Virus record (IMG/VR): IMGVR_UViG_3300021335_000004
Source of the DNA: a virus
Strand: one strand, 5' to 3'
DNA length: 64,000 bases
Part shown: one piece after another, positions 1-7,739 of the stretch
Position numbering within the stretch: position 1 is the first letter of the stretch
How the letters are laid out: each line of letters begins with the position of its first letter
Made by a program: the position numbers and the translations under genes
The notes under the pieces: generated by a model
What the model saw: only the letters and a program-made list of their open reading frames with translations
Told to the model about the DNA's origin: nothing
The model's database searches: none

Positions 1-256
1 TAACTGATAGTAATGATACATAAAATAAATGCCAAGGATTATTAAGATTTATTTTATTACTAGTTTTTTCAGTACCATAGTCTGAATAAAATCTATCATT
101 AAAAGACGGATGGTTATAAAACCAGTTTTTATCTTTTACTTTAGTACTTAGTATAACTAAGGTTTTATCTAAAGCCTCAAGCTTTTCTTCTTCAGTTGCG
201 TCATAGTTTACAATTTTTTTAATACGTTTTAATGCGAATTCATAAGGATTAATCAT
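1..256 (-). CDS. hypothetical protein (partial, runs off window start)
   Basis: ATG at 256 just after the stop of the upstream - strand gene; frame open to position 1 (MINPYEFALKRIKK...). Confidence 0.55.
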   Translation of the reverse strand, partial: MINPYEFALKRIKKIVNYDATEEEKLEALDKTLVILSTKVKDKNWFYNHPSFNDRFYSDYGTEKTSNKINLNNPWHLFYVSLLSV

Positions 257-258
257 AA

Positions 259-552
259 TTAATAATCTCCGTTAATTTCAAAAGCGTAAGAAGCTCGCTC
301 TTCTGAAAAAGCTCCCCAAACTTCTTTCTTATCATAATAAGGTTTTTTTTCAAACTGGTCAAGAAAATAATTAACTTGTTCTACTACCTTGTTATATCTC
401 TCTAATCGAATTTCAGAATTAATTAAACTTCTTGCTTCATCTAACCAAGACATGGCTTCTTTAGGATTCCATTTAGCTAGATAATAAACATTTTCAATTA
501 AAGAATTGAAAGAATAGTAACCTTTAAACATGCTTGTTTTACTTTTAACCAT
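259..552 (-). CDS. hypothetical protein
   Basis: 97 aa ORF, AGGT SD, overlaps neighbouring gene in an operon. Confidence 0.6.
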   Translation of the reverse strand: MVKSKTSMFKGYYSFNSLIENVYYLAKWNPKEAMSWLDEARSLINSEIRLERYNKVVEQVNYFLDQFEKKPYYDKKEVWGAFSEERASYAFEINGDY

Positions 553-748
553 TAATACTACCTTTTTGAATATTTGGAATTTGAACTGTAAATAGATCTT
601 CGTAACAATTAATTATGAATCTAGCATAAGCAATATCTCCTAGATATGATCTAACATTTTCTGCTTCTTCAAATAGTTCATCTGCTTGAACTACCCCTTT
701 ATCAGACAAGTCTGTAAAGTATGTTTTTGCTTCTAAGTATTTTGTCAT
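545..748 (-). CDS. hypothetical protein
   Basis: 67 aa ORF directly downstream of a - strand promoter. Confidence 0.6.
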   Translation of the reverse strand: MTKYLEAKTYFTDLSDKGVVQADELFEEAENVRSYLGDIAYARFIINCYEDLFTVQIPNIQKGSING

Positions 749-764
749 TTTATTTTATAATCCT

Positions 765-793
765 ATTATAAGTAATTTTTAAGCTTTTAGCAA
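765..793 (-). promoter_or_regulatory. sigma70-type promoter (leftward)
   Basis: TTGCTA-17 bp-TATAAT on - strand. Confidence 0.7.
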
Positions 794-832
794 ATGCAAA
801 AGCTGTTTTTTATGTTTGATTTAAGAAAAATA

Positions 833-861
833 TTGACAGATAATCAACATTTTTGTATACT
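833..861 (+). promoter_or_regulatory. sigma70-type promoter (rightward; likely drives the bS21/tmRNA operon)
   Basis: TTGACA-17 bp-TATACT. Confidence 0.8.
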
Positions 862-945
862 AATTAAAATAATGAGTCAAAAATAATACTTAAAAACTCA
901 TTAGATATATAATAACAAAAACTTATCATATAGGCAAGAACGAAT

Positions 946-1197
946 ATGAATTATAAACTAGTTGGATTCTATAAAAATGAACATAATCGTACATACATTA
1001 GTGCATTATTTGATTTAATTAAAAAACGTCACCCCTCTATTACACAATCAGAAATATATGACTATCAGTCACAAAAAGCAATGGACTTAAGTATTAAACT
1101 TTTTCCTTGCGTACTGGTATTTAAAAATGATACTCTACATAAGAAGTTAGAGTCTAAACTAACATTAAAAGAATCATTACAAAAGTTGGGATTATAA
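946..1197 (+). CDS. hypothetical protein, possible degenerate thioredoxin-like fold
   Basis: 83 aa; 'IKLFPCVLVFKND' resembles the Trx cis-Pro strand, but there is no CxxC. Confidence 0.5.
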   Translation: MNYKLVGFYKNEHNRTYISALFDLIKKRHPSITQSEIYDYQSQKAMDLSIKLFPCVLVFKNDTLHKKLESKLTLKESLQKLGL

Positions 1198-1394
1198 TGT
1201 ACATAAAAGTAAGAAATAATGATGTAAGCAAAGCTTATAAAGCATTAAGTAGAAAACTTAATACTGAAGGTATTTTTAAAAAATTAAAAGAAAAACGATT
1301 TCATCAGACTAAAGGTGAAAAAAGAAGATTAAAACATAAAGAAGCTGTAGCAAGAATAAGAAGAATGGAACGTAAAAAAGAAGAAGAAAATTAA
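1197..1394 (+). CDS. rpsU: 30S ribosomal protein bS21
   Basis: 65 aa basic protein 'IKVRNNDVSKAYKALSRKLNTEGIFKKLKEKRFHQTKGEKRRLKHKEA' matches the bS21 pattern. Confidence 0.9.
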   Translation: MYIKVRNNDVSKAYKALSRKLNTEGIFKKLKEKRFHQTKGEKRRLKHKEAVARIRRMERKKEEEN

Positions 1395-1395
1395 T

Positions 1396-1716
1396 GTGAC
1401 AGATACTTTAAAAAGCAGTATACAAAAAGATTCTGAAGGATTTCATATACTGGTTGAAACAGAGGACATAAATTTTTCTGAATTTAAGAAAGCTAAAATA
1501 TTGTATTATATAGTAGAAATACACAGCATGAAATCAAGTGATATAGGAATCATGGCTGACGAAATAGATGGTGTTCAACACCCTATTAAATTTGATTCTT
1601 ATTCAAAAGCTAAAGTGTCTGCTTCTAAACTACAAGAACAATTAGGAGAAGAATCTCACTGGTTTACTAAGATTATTTCAAAAGAAAAAGATATTGTTTC
1701 GTCTGAGGAGCAGTAG
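1396..1716 (+). CDS. hypothetical protein (3' end overlaps tmRNA acceptor piece)
   Basis: 106 aa ORF, GTG start right after rpsU. Confidence 0.6.
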   Translation: MTDTLKSSIQKDSEGFHILVETEDINFSEFKKAKILYYIVEIHSMKSSDIGIMADEIDGVQHPIKFDSYSKAKVSASKLQEQLGEESHWFTKIISKEKDIVSSEEQ

Positions 1717-1772
1717 AATAAACGGACTGGACGCGGGGGCAGTACCCGCCGCCTCCACCATAAGGACACTAA

Positions 1773-1961
1773 ATGGAAATTATTTGGCATATACTATTAA
1801 CAGCTTGTATGAATTCTGAGTGTAGAACTCAAGATGTTCAGTGGTTTGATAATAAAAACACGTGTGAAGCAACAAAAAAACTTTACGAAGAGATTCCTCT
1901 AGATGGAAATTGGACAAGTGTTAAGTATATTTGTAAACCAAAAGGCTCAGTGTCTTTATGA
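1773..1961 (+). CDS. small 4-Cys protein encoded inside the tmRNA intervening segment
   Basis: 62 aa ORF with TAAGGA SD immediately after CCA, hydrophobic N-terminus, 4 Cys; stop ends 2 nt before tmRNA G1. Confidence 0.7.
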   Translation: MEIIWHILLTACMNSECRTQDVQWFDNKNTCEATKKLYEEIPLDGNWTSVKYICKPKGSVSL

Positions 1962-2082
1962 TGGGGGCGAAATAGGATCGACAGACGTAGTAAAAACTAA
2001 ACCGAGAAACAGGTGCGCAAGCGACCTTAACCGCAAGAAAACAACAATTGCAAATGATAATTTCGCAATCGAGGATTACCGC

Positions 2083-2132
2083 TTAGCGGCATAATCTCAC
2101 GGGGCGGCCACTGCCTAGCAACAGAAAGTGGC
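2083..2132 (+). repeat. direct repeat copy 1 (tmRNA tag end LAA-stop plus 3' structure)
   Basis: ttagcggcataatctcacggggcggccactgcctagcaacagaaagtggc. Confidence 0.9.
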
Positions 2133-2151
2133 ATTTTTAAAGGAGGTACAA

Positions 2152-3228
2152 ATGGCGCCAAGAAATCATAAGTCCTGGTTAACAAAACCAAAAGTAGAAG
2201 CTATTAGTAGTGAAATTTATAATAGTTTTGATATTTACAAGCAAGAACAAGAAGATATTTTTTCAAAAGTTTGGGTTCCTGTTTGTCATATGTCAGAGAT
2301 GCCAAATGAAGGCAACTTCAGAACATCATCCATTGCTGGAGTTTCCATTATTGTTTATAATTTCAAGGATGAAGAAGTTAGAGCGTATAAGAACTATGAT
2401 ATTAAACAGGTATCTGGTACTTTTGCTGCTCCTATAGTAACTTCAGAACCTAGGTTACATTGTGAAGTAAAACATGGCGGTATGGTATGGGTAACACTAG
2501 ATCCTAATCCTACACAGAGTGTTGAAGAATGGACAGCAGGAGCTTTTGATTGTATTGCTGATGCTATTGACACAGAAGAAATGGAAGTATTCCATTATCA
2601 CAAAGCTGTGATTGATACAAACTATAAACTGTGGCATGATACTAACTCAGAGTTCTACCACGATTTTATGCATTATTTTAATAGAGTGTCAGGATTTAAT
2701 GATGAATATTTCGCTAGAAAGAATATTCCTTTTGATAATGGTCACGTTAATGTGTCTAGCTTTACTGTTAACTATGAAGAGTATGACGGATTTGAAGATC
2801 GCGGGGAACTATCTTTTCCCAATCTGCCGCCCAACCAGTGGTACATGGTCGATCTCTTCCCAGGATATAACTTCAACCTTCGTGGTTCCGCCTATCGTTC
2901 AGACTCAGTAACGCCTCTTGGACCTAATAAGGTGCTTATTGAATTTAGAGGATATGGATTAAAGAAAGATACACCAGAAGAAAGACAAACAAGAATCAAA
3001 CACCACAACTCTATTTGGGGACCCTTCGGTCGCAACCTACATGAAGACCTTATTGGTGTTGCTGGTCAAGGTACTACAATGAGAGAGGGTACCGAATCTA
3101 GGAACATTCTACACGGACGTCATGAAAACAGTACAATTCATGACGAAGTTGGCATGCGTCATTATTATGCAGAATGGAGCAAGTGGATGGGGTTAGATGC
3201 GAGTAGGCCATGTCAATTAGCGGCATAG
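2152..3228 (+). CDS. ring-hydroxylating oxygenase alpha-subunit-like protein lacking the Rieske cluster; C-terminal LAA
   Basis: AGGAGG SD before ATG 2152; 'EQEDIFSKVWVPVCHMSEMPNEGNF' N-terminus and 'NYKLWHDTNSEFYHDFMH...EDL' mononuclear-Fe motif; no CxH...CxxH. Confidence 0.85.
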   Translation: MAPRNHKSWLTKPKVEAISSEIYNSFDIYKQEQEDIFSKVWVPVCHMSEMPNEGNFRTSSIAGVSIIVYNFKDEEVRAYKNYDIKQVSGTFAAPIVTSEPRLHCEVKHGGMVWVTLDPNPTQSVEEWTAGAFDCIADAIDTEEMEVFHYHKAVIDTNYKLWHDTNSEFYHDFMHYFNRVSGFNDEYFARKNIPFDNGHVNVSSFTVNYEEYDGFEDRGELSFPNLPPNQWYMVDLFPGYNFNLRGSAYRSDSVTPLGPNKVLIEFRGYGLKKDTPEERQTRIKHHNSIWGPFGRNLHEDLIGVAGQGTTMREGTESRNILHGRHENSTIHDEVGMRHYYAEWSKWMGLDASRPCQLAA

Positions 3229-3265
3229 TCTCACGGGGCGGGTACTGCCTAGCAACAGAAGTACC
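3217..3265 (+). repeat. direct repeat copy 2 of the tmRNA 3' segment
   Basis: ttagcggcatagtctcacggggcgggtactgcctagcaacagaagtacc; stem ggtact/agtacc replaces gccact/agtggc. Confidence 0.9.
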
Positions 3266-3329
3266 ACTAACCTTAAGTCCCGCTAACTAGCTGGACTTTT
3301 TATATGAAATACAAGAGAGAATCAAAACA

Positions 3330-3662
3330 ATGAAAAAACTATTAATTGCAGCGATAGTTGCAACACCCTTATCTGCGTTTGCAGAAGATAACATTACAAA
3401 AACTATTGGAATTGAAAAAGCATTAGAATCAGAAATTACTACAGGATATTTTGATACAACTGGTACTTGGGGTTCTATCAGTAGTACTATAGGACTAAAC
3501 TGGGAAGACACAGCCGCTGATCAACTTAACATGAATTTTTCTAGTGTAGAATTAGATATAGATTATTCTTTTGATGGAGCAATTACTATTTATGCCGACA
3601 ATGATTGGGATGATGATTTTAAACACACAGAAACTACTGTTGGAGCAAAATTTAAGTTTTAA
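3330..3662 (+). CDS. putative small outer-membrane beta-strand protein
   Basis: signal peptide MKKLLIAAIVATPLSAFA; alternating beta strands; C-terminal ...GAKFKF (BAM-type terminal Phe). Confidence 0.7.
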   Translation: MKKLLIAAIVATPLSAFAEDNITKTIGIEKALESEITTGYFDTTGTWGSISSTIGLNWEDTAADQLNMNFSSVELDIDYSFDGAITIYADNDWDDDFKHTETTVGAKFKF

Positions 3663-3684
3663 GCACAAATTCTAAAAACAACGT

Positions 3685-3715
3685 AAAAAGGGAGGGTTAC
3701 ACCTCCCTTTTTTTT
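3685..3715 (+). terminator. rho-independent terminator
   Basis: aaaaagggagg-gttaca-cctccc followed by a T8 run. Confidence 0.85.
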
Positions 3716-3794
3716 AATTTTATAGTTTGCCCATCAAACTAGCAACTTGAAAATTTTAAAAATTTGTGTATAATACTATATAAAGAGGTATAAA

Positions 3795-4535
3795 ATGATT
3801 AAACAAAAAGACACAAAAGAATATTCCGAAGTTACTTTACCTATAATTTCTCAATTAAATAATTTTTTTTCCGCGTGGGAAAAAGAAACAGAAGAGTTTA
3901 ACAAAATTTGGGATGATTGGTTTTTAGAACAATCTATTAAGGCACATGCAGATTATGATGGAGAATGGGCGGGATCTGGTACTTTAGACTATAATGAGGC
4001 CAGAATTATATACACGTTACTTAAAAAACTAAAACCACAAAGAGTATTAGAAATAGGGGTAGCTCAAGGTGTTAGTGGAAGCTTAATTAGAGAATCTCTT
4101 CCTATAGATTCTCACTTTGATGGAATAGATATGAAATTACCTCATAATATATGTGACAAGTATAAAGAATATCTAGAAAGCGATCAGATAAATTTTTATA
4201 AAGGTGACGCCATAGAGTTTGTTAAAGAGACTATGGAGAACTATGATTTAATCTTTGTTGATGCAGACCATAGAGAAACTTTTTGTACTGAGATTGCTAA
4301 AATAATCAAACAAAAACACCCAAAAGCTACTATAGTATATCATGAATGGTCTTTTTCCGTAAACGCGGAGGAAGAAGAACTAAAATATATTTCTAGACCA
4401 GAATGGATAAAACAATTTTGGGAAAGAAAAGCTTTTGAAGATGAATATATAGAAAATAATTATAAACACTTTGGCTTTTATGGAAGCTGTGGACTAGGAG
4501 TAGTAATAAATGAAAATTTACTTTCGATGCTGTGA
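3795..4535 (+). CDS. class I SAM-dependent methyltransferase (Methyltransf_24-like)
   Basis: 'RVLEIGVAQGVSG' motif I and 'YDLIFVDADH'. Confidence 0.8.
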   Translation: MIKQKDTKEYSEVTLPIISQLNNFFSAWEKETEEFNKIWDDWFLEQSIKAHADYDGEWAGSGTLDYNEARIIYTLLKKLKPQRVLEIGVAQGVSGSLIRESLPIDSHFDGIDMKLPHNICDKYKEYLESDQINFYKGDAIEFVKETMENYDLIFVDADHRETFCTEIAKIIKQKHPKATIVYHEWSFSVNAEEEELKYISRPEWIKQFWERKAFEDEYIENNYKHFGFYGSCGLGVVINENLLSML

Positions 4536-5217
4536 AAAACAAGAAACAGTAAGCGGTGTTAATCGTTGGGAAGAAATTCCTAAATGGAAAACTGTTCGTA
4601 AATGTTGGAAATCAATTTATGAAGGTATTGACGAATCTGATGAGGTATTTATTTTACATGATGAAGTAACACAAGAAACATTAGATTTTATTGAAGAACA
4701 TTCTTACGAAAATACTACTTTTTTAGAAATTCCTAAACACCATATACAAGACAGATTGCATACATTTAAAATGCTAGAATTTTTAAAAACCCAACTAGAT
4801 ACGAGCAATCCTGAAGAAGTTCATTATATCGTAGAAGATGATTATCTACATACCCCAGACGCTATTTCAGCAATGAAACTTATTTTTACAAAGTGGAATA
4901 ACTTTGTTACTACATACGACTATCCTGATAGATATACTATGGATAAAACTCCATGTTTTTTAATGGTTGATACAGATAGACATTGGAGAACTAACCCTTC
5001 AGGTACTTATACTTTTGCAGCCAAAACAAAAACCTGGTTAGAATGTTGGGATATAATTAACAACACTGCTCCTCATAACCCTACAAAAGAAATGTTTCAA
5101 ACTCATCCGTGTATTTCTCCTGTACCAGGGTGTTCTTCTCATTTAACCCCTCATCATTTAAGTCCTGTAATAGATTGGGACGCTTTATGGAATAATATTA
5201 ATATCAATGCATCTTAA
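4510..5217 (+). CDS. putative glycosyltransferase (GT-A fold)
   Basis: 'YIVEDDYLH' DxD-type motif; cluster context. Confidence 0.65.
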   Translation: MKIYFRCCEKQETVSGVNRWEEIPKWKTVRKCWKSIYEGIDESDEVFILHDEVTQETLDFIEEHSYENTTFLEIPKHHIQDRLHTFKMLEFLKTQLDTSNPEEVHYIVEDDYLHTPDAISAMKLIFTKWNNFVTTYDYPDRYTMDKTPCFLMVDTDRHWRTNPSGTYTFAAKTKTWLECWDIINNTAPHNPTKEMFQTHPCISPVPGCSSHLTPHHLSPVIDWDALWNNININAS

Positions 5218-6079
5218 CCAGCAAGATCTTCACAATAATATAGAGAAAGTTGAACACGTTATTTATGGACCTTGGGTAGGAGAATTAGGCTGGGAGTTAT
5301 TCGGCTGTCAGGGTTATTTAAGAAAATTAAGAGAAGATTATACACATATAAAATCATTTCACATAATTAGCAGAACGGGAAGAAGTTTTTTATACGAGGA
5401 TTTCTGCGATTCATATATCGAATACGATTGTCCAGGTCATAACATTACAGGAGCACTTTGTCTAGATTGGAAGCCGGATAAACAAATAATTCCTTCTGTA
5501 ACTAAATCTTTAGGCTTAGATAATTATTTATATATACCTACTCAACACTTCTTAGTTGATTATCATGCTGCAGGACCTGGAAGAGAAGAAAGACTAGAAA
5601 AGTTTCTAGGATCTCAAAAGTTTATTAAATATGAAAATAATAATATTGAAGATAAACCTTTTGATATATTAATTCATGCTAGACACAGCTTTCACCACAA
5701 CACAGGAGAAAAGAATTGGCCTATAGAAAAATGGAATACTGTGTGTAACTATCTAAAGAATAAAGGATACAGTTTAGCTGCTATAGGAAGTAAAGAAGGA
5801 GCCCATTTACCAGAAGAGTGTGAAGACCTTAGAAATATTGATTTAGAAAATGTGGTCTCATACTTAAACTATAGCAAAATGTTAGTATCTTGTTGCAGTG
5901 GGCCCGCACACCTAGCTTCTTTATGTGGTACACCTTTAGTTGTATTAACTAATAAAGCTAATATTGATAGATATAAAACAGACTGGAATCCTTTTAATAC
6001 TCCTAGAGAGATTATTTATGAAGAAGGATATAACCCAAAAACAGAAACAGTATTAAATAGAATAGAAAATCTATTATGA
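5207..6079 (+). CDS. GT9-like (heptosyltransferase-like) glycosyltransferase
   Basis: 'KNWPIEKW' and 'SGPAHLASLCGTPLVVL' GT9 motifs. Confidence 0.7.
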   Translation: MHLNQQDLHNNIEKVEHVIYGPWVGELGWELFGCQGYLRKLREDYTHIKSFHIISRTGRSFLYEDFCDSYIEYDCPGHNITGALCLDWKPDKQIIPSVTKSLGLDNYLYIPTQHFLVDYHAAGPGREERLEKFLGSQKFIKYENNNIEDKPFDILIHARHSFHHNTGEKNWPIEKWNTVCNYLKNKGYSLAAIGSKEGAHLPEECEDLRNIDLENVVSYLNYSKMLVSCCSGPAHLASLCGTPLVVLTNKANIDRYKTDWNPFNTPREIIYEEGYNPKTETVLNRIENLL

Positions 6080-6924
6080 AAAAAGTTTTATATGTTGGGG
6101 TTTTTAGCGAACACTCAACAAATGTTTGGCAGGCAGAAGCTCTTGATAAAATATGTGACCTAACTACCTTTGATATGCGAGATATAGGAAATTATACATA
6201 CACACAAAGAGATAATGCTATTATAAACATCATTAAAAAAGACACTCCTGATTTACTATTAATTAGTAAAGGAAACACAATAAATATAGATGTTATTAAA
6301 AAAGCAAAAGAATATTGTAAAGTTGCTTGTTGGTATATGGATCCTTTAGTAAATGCAGATAGTGAATGGATGGAAAAAGTTAAACACAGTGATTATATTT
6401 TTTCAGCTTATGAACACTTAGCAAATATATTTAGAGAAACTAATAAAAATAGTTTTTATATTCAAGAAGGTTTTCATAAACCAATTCATAGACTTATGAA
6501 GATAGAAAAACAATATGATGTAAGTTTTTTAGGATGGTTAAAAGATCAAAGACAAGGTTATTGGAAAGAATTAAAATTTTCTAATTTTAATGATAAATAT
6601 AGTTTTGAACACACAAAAATAGTAGCACAGAGTAAAATAAATTTAGGATTTACTACAAATAATGAAGGTACTTCTGATAGGACATATAAAATTTTAGCAG
6701 CAGGAGGATTTTTATTAACAGAGCCTTGGAAATATATGGAAAACGATTGGGATGTAGGAAAAGATTTCGTTTGTTTTAGTTCTATTAGTGATTTAAAAGA
6801 CAAGATAGGTTATTATTTAAAAAATCAAAAAGAAAGACACGAAATAGCAGAACAAGGAAGAAAAAAAGTACAAAGATTTAGTACTGATAATTGGGCAAAA
6901 AACATAGTAAAGTCAATAATATGA
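6076..6924 (+). CDS. glycosyltransferase (CgeB/Glyco_trans_1_2-like)
   Basis: 'SKINLGF...SDRTYKILAAGGFLLTE...ERHEIAEQGRKKV'. Confidence 0.75.
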   Translation: MKKVLYVGVFSEHSTNVWQAEALDKICDLTTFDMRDIGNYTYTQRDNAIINIIKKDTPDLLLISKGNTINIDVIKKAKEYCKVACWYMDPLVNADSEWMEKVKHSDYIFSAYEHLANIFRETNKNSFYIQEGFHKPIHRLMKIEKQYDVSFLGWLKDQRQGYWKELKFSNFNDKYSFEHTKIVAQSKINLGFTTNNEGTSDRTYKILAAGGFLLTEPWKYMENDWDVGKDFVCFSSISDLKDKIGYYLKNQKERHEIAEQGRKKVQRFSTDNWAKNIVKSII

Positions 6925-7739
6925 AGATATTAATTACAGGACATAAAGGTTTTATAGGACAAAACTTATATAAAACTTTAGAAAAAGACCACGATCTTTA
7001 TACCTATGAATGGTATCCTTATGAGTATCCCGAAGTACATGGATACGACTGGGTTATTCATTTAGGTGCTATTTCTAGTACTACTGAAAAAGATGTAAAT
7101 AAAGTAATGTTACAAAACTATGAATTTTCTCAGTGGTTATTTGATGAGTGCAATAAAAAGAATGTAAATCTTCAATATTCTTCTAGTGCTAGTGTATACG
7201 GTACTAATACTAATTTTAAAGAAGACGCCCCTAAACAACCACAATCCCCATATGCTTGGAGTAAATATTTATTTGATAGGTGGGTTACAAAACAACCAAA
7301 AAATATTATTGTTCAAGGTTTTAGATATTTTAATGTATACGGACCTAATGAAGATCATAAAGGAAATCAAGCGAGTCCTTATACAAAATTTATAGAACAA
7401 GCTAAAACAGAAAAAAGCGTAACTATATTTAAAAATTCGGATAAATATAAAAGAGATTTTGTATGTGTTGAAGATGTTTGCAAGGTACACAAGCAAATGC
7501 TAAAAGTAAAAGAGAATGATATATATAATGTAGGTACAGGAACCGCTACTAGTTTTTATGAAGTAGCAAGTGCAATTGCTGAAAAGTATAAAGTCAAAAT
7601 TTACGAAATCGAGATGCCTAATAATTTAAAAGGACAATATCAAGAATTTACTAAAGCAAACTTAGATAAACTTAACAAACACCTAAATATTGAGTGGGTA
7701 AATATTCTAGACTATATAAAGAAAGATTATAATGAGTAA
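6921..7739 (+). CDS. hldD: ADP-L-glycero-D-manno-heptose 6-epimerase-like NAD-dependent epimerase
   Basis: 'ITGHKGFIG', 'HLGAISSTTE', 'SSSASVYG', 'YAWSK', 'GFRYFNVYGPNEDHKG..AS', 'YQEFTKA'. Confidence 0.85.
   Translation: MKILITGHKGFIGQNLYKTLEKDHDLYTYEWYPYEYPEVHGYDWVIHLGAISSTTEKDVNKVMLQNYEFSQWLFDECNKKNVNLQYSSSASVYGTNTNFKEDAPKQPQSPYAWSKYLFDRWVTKQPKNIIVQGFRYFNVYGPNEDHKGNQASPYTKFIEQAKTEKSVTIFKNSDKYKRDFVCVEDVCKVHKQMLKVKENDIYNVGTGTATSFYEVASAIAEKYKVKIYEIEMPNNLKGQYQEFTKANLDKLNKHLNIEWVNILDYIKKDYNE

Larger units (their letters stand above)
1694..2132 (+). ncRNA. ssrA: circularly permuted (two-piece) tmRNA: acceptor piece ~1694-1760, intervening segment 1761-1962, coding piece 1963-~2132
   Basis: T-arm GCGGG-GGCAGTA-CCCGC plus CGCCTCC-A-CCA ends at 1760. 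GGGGGCG at 1963 pairs with it, with a G3.U wobble. AATAGGATCGAC D-loop analogue; PK1 at ~2011-2034; tag ANDNFAIEDYRLAA-TAA at 2050-2094; 3' GGGGC..GCCTAGCAACAGAA structure. Confidence 0.93.

Noticed and set aside
1729-1760. Stand-alone tRNA or tRNA-fragment att site
   Set aside because: It has only a T-arm and 3' acceptor strand; its partner strand is at 1963, so it belongs to the permuted tmRNA
1903-2094. 63-aa ORF ending ANDNFAIEDYRLAA
   Set aside because: It is the tmRNA tag reading frame extended upstream by chance, not a conventional gene
2128-2151. GTG start at 2128 for the oxygenase
   Set aside because: It lies in the tmRNA 3' stem; ATG 2152 has a strong SD
2050-2154. Read-through from the tmRNA tag frame into the in-frame oxygenase ORF
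   Set aside because: The frames match, but two stops (TAA 2092, TAG 2116) intervene and the gene has its own AGGAGG SD
2083-3265. Active integrative element with attL/attR
   Set aside because: No integrase or transposase is in the window, the repeat is not the tRNA-like end usually targeted, and the copies have diverged
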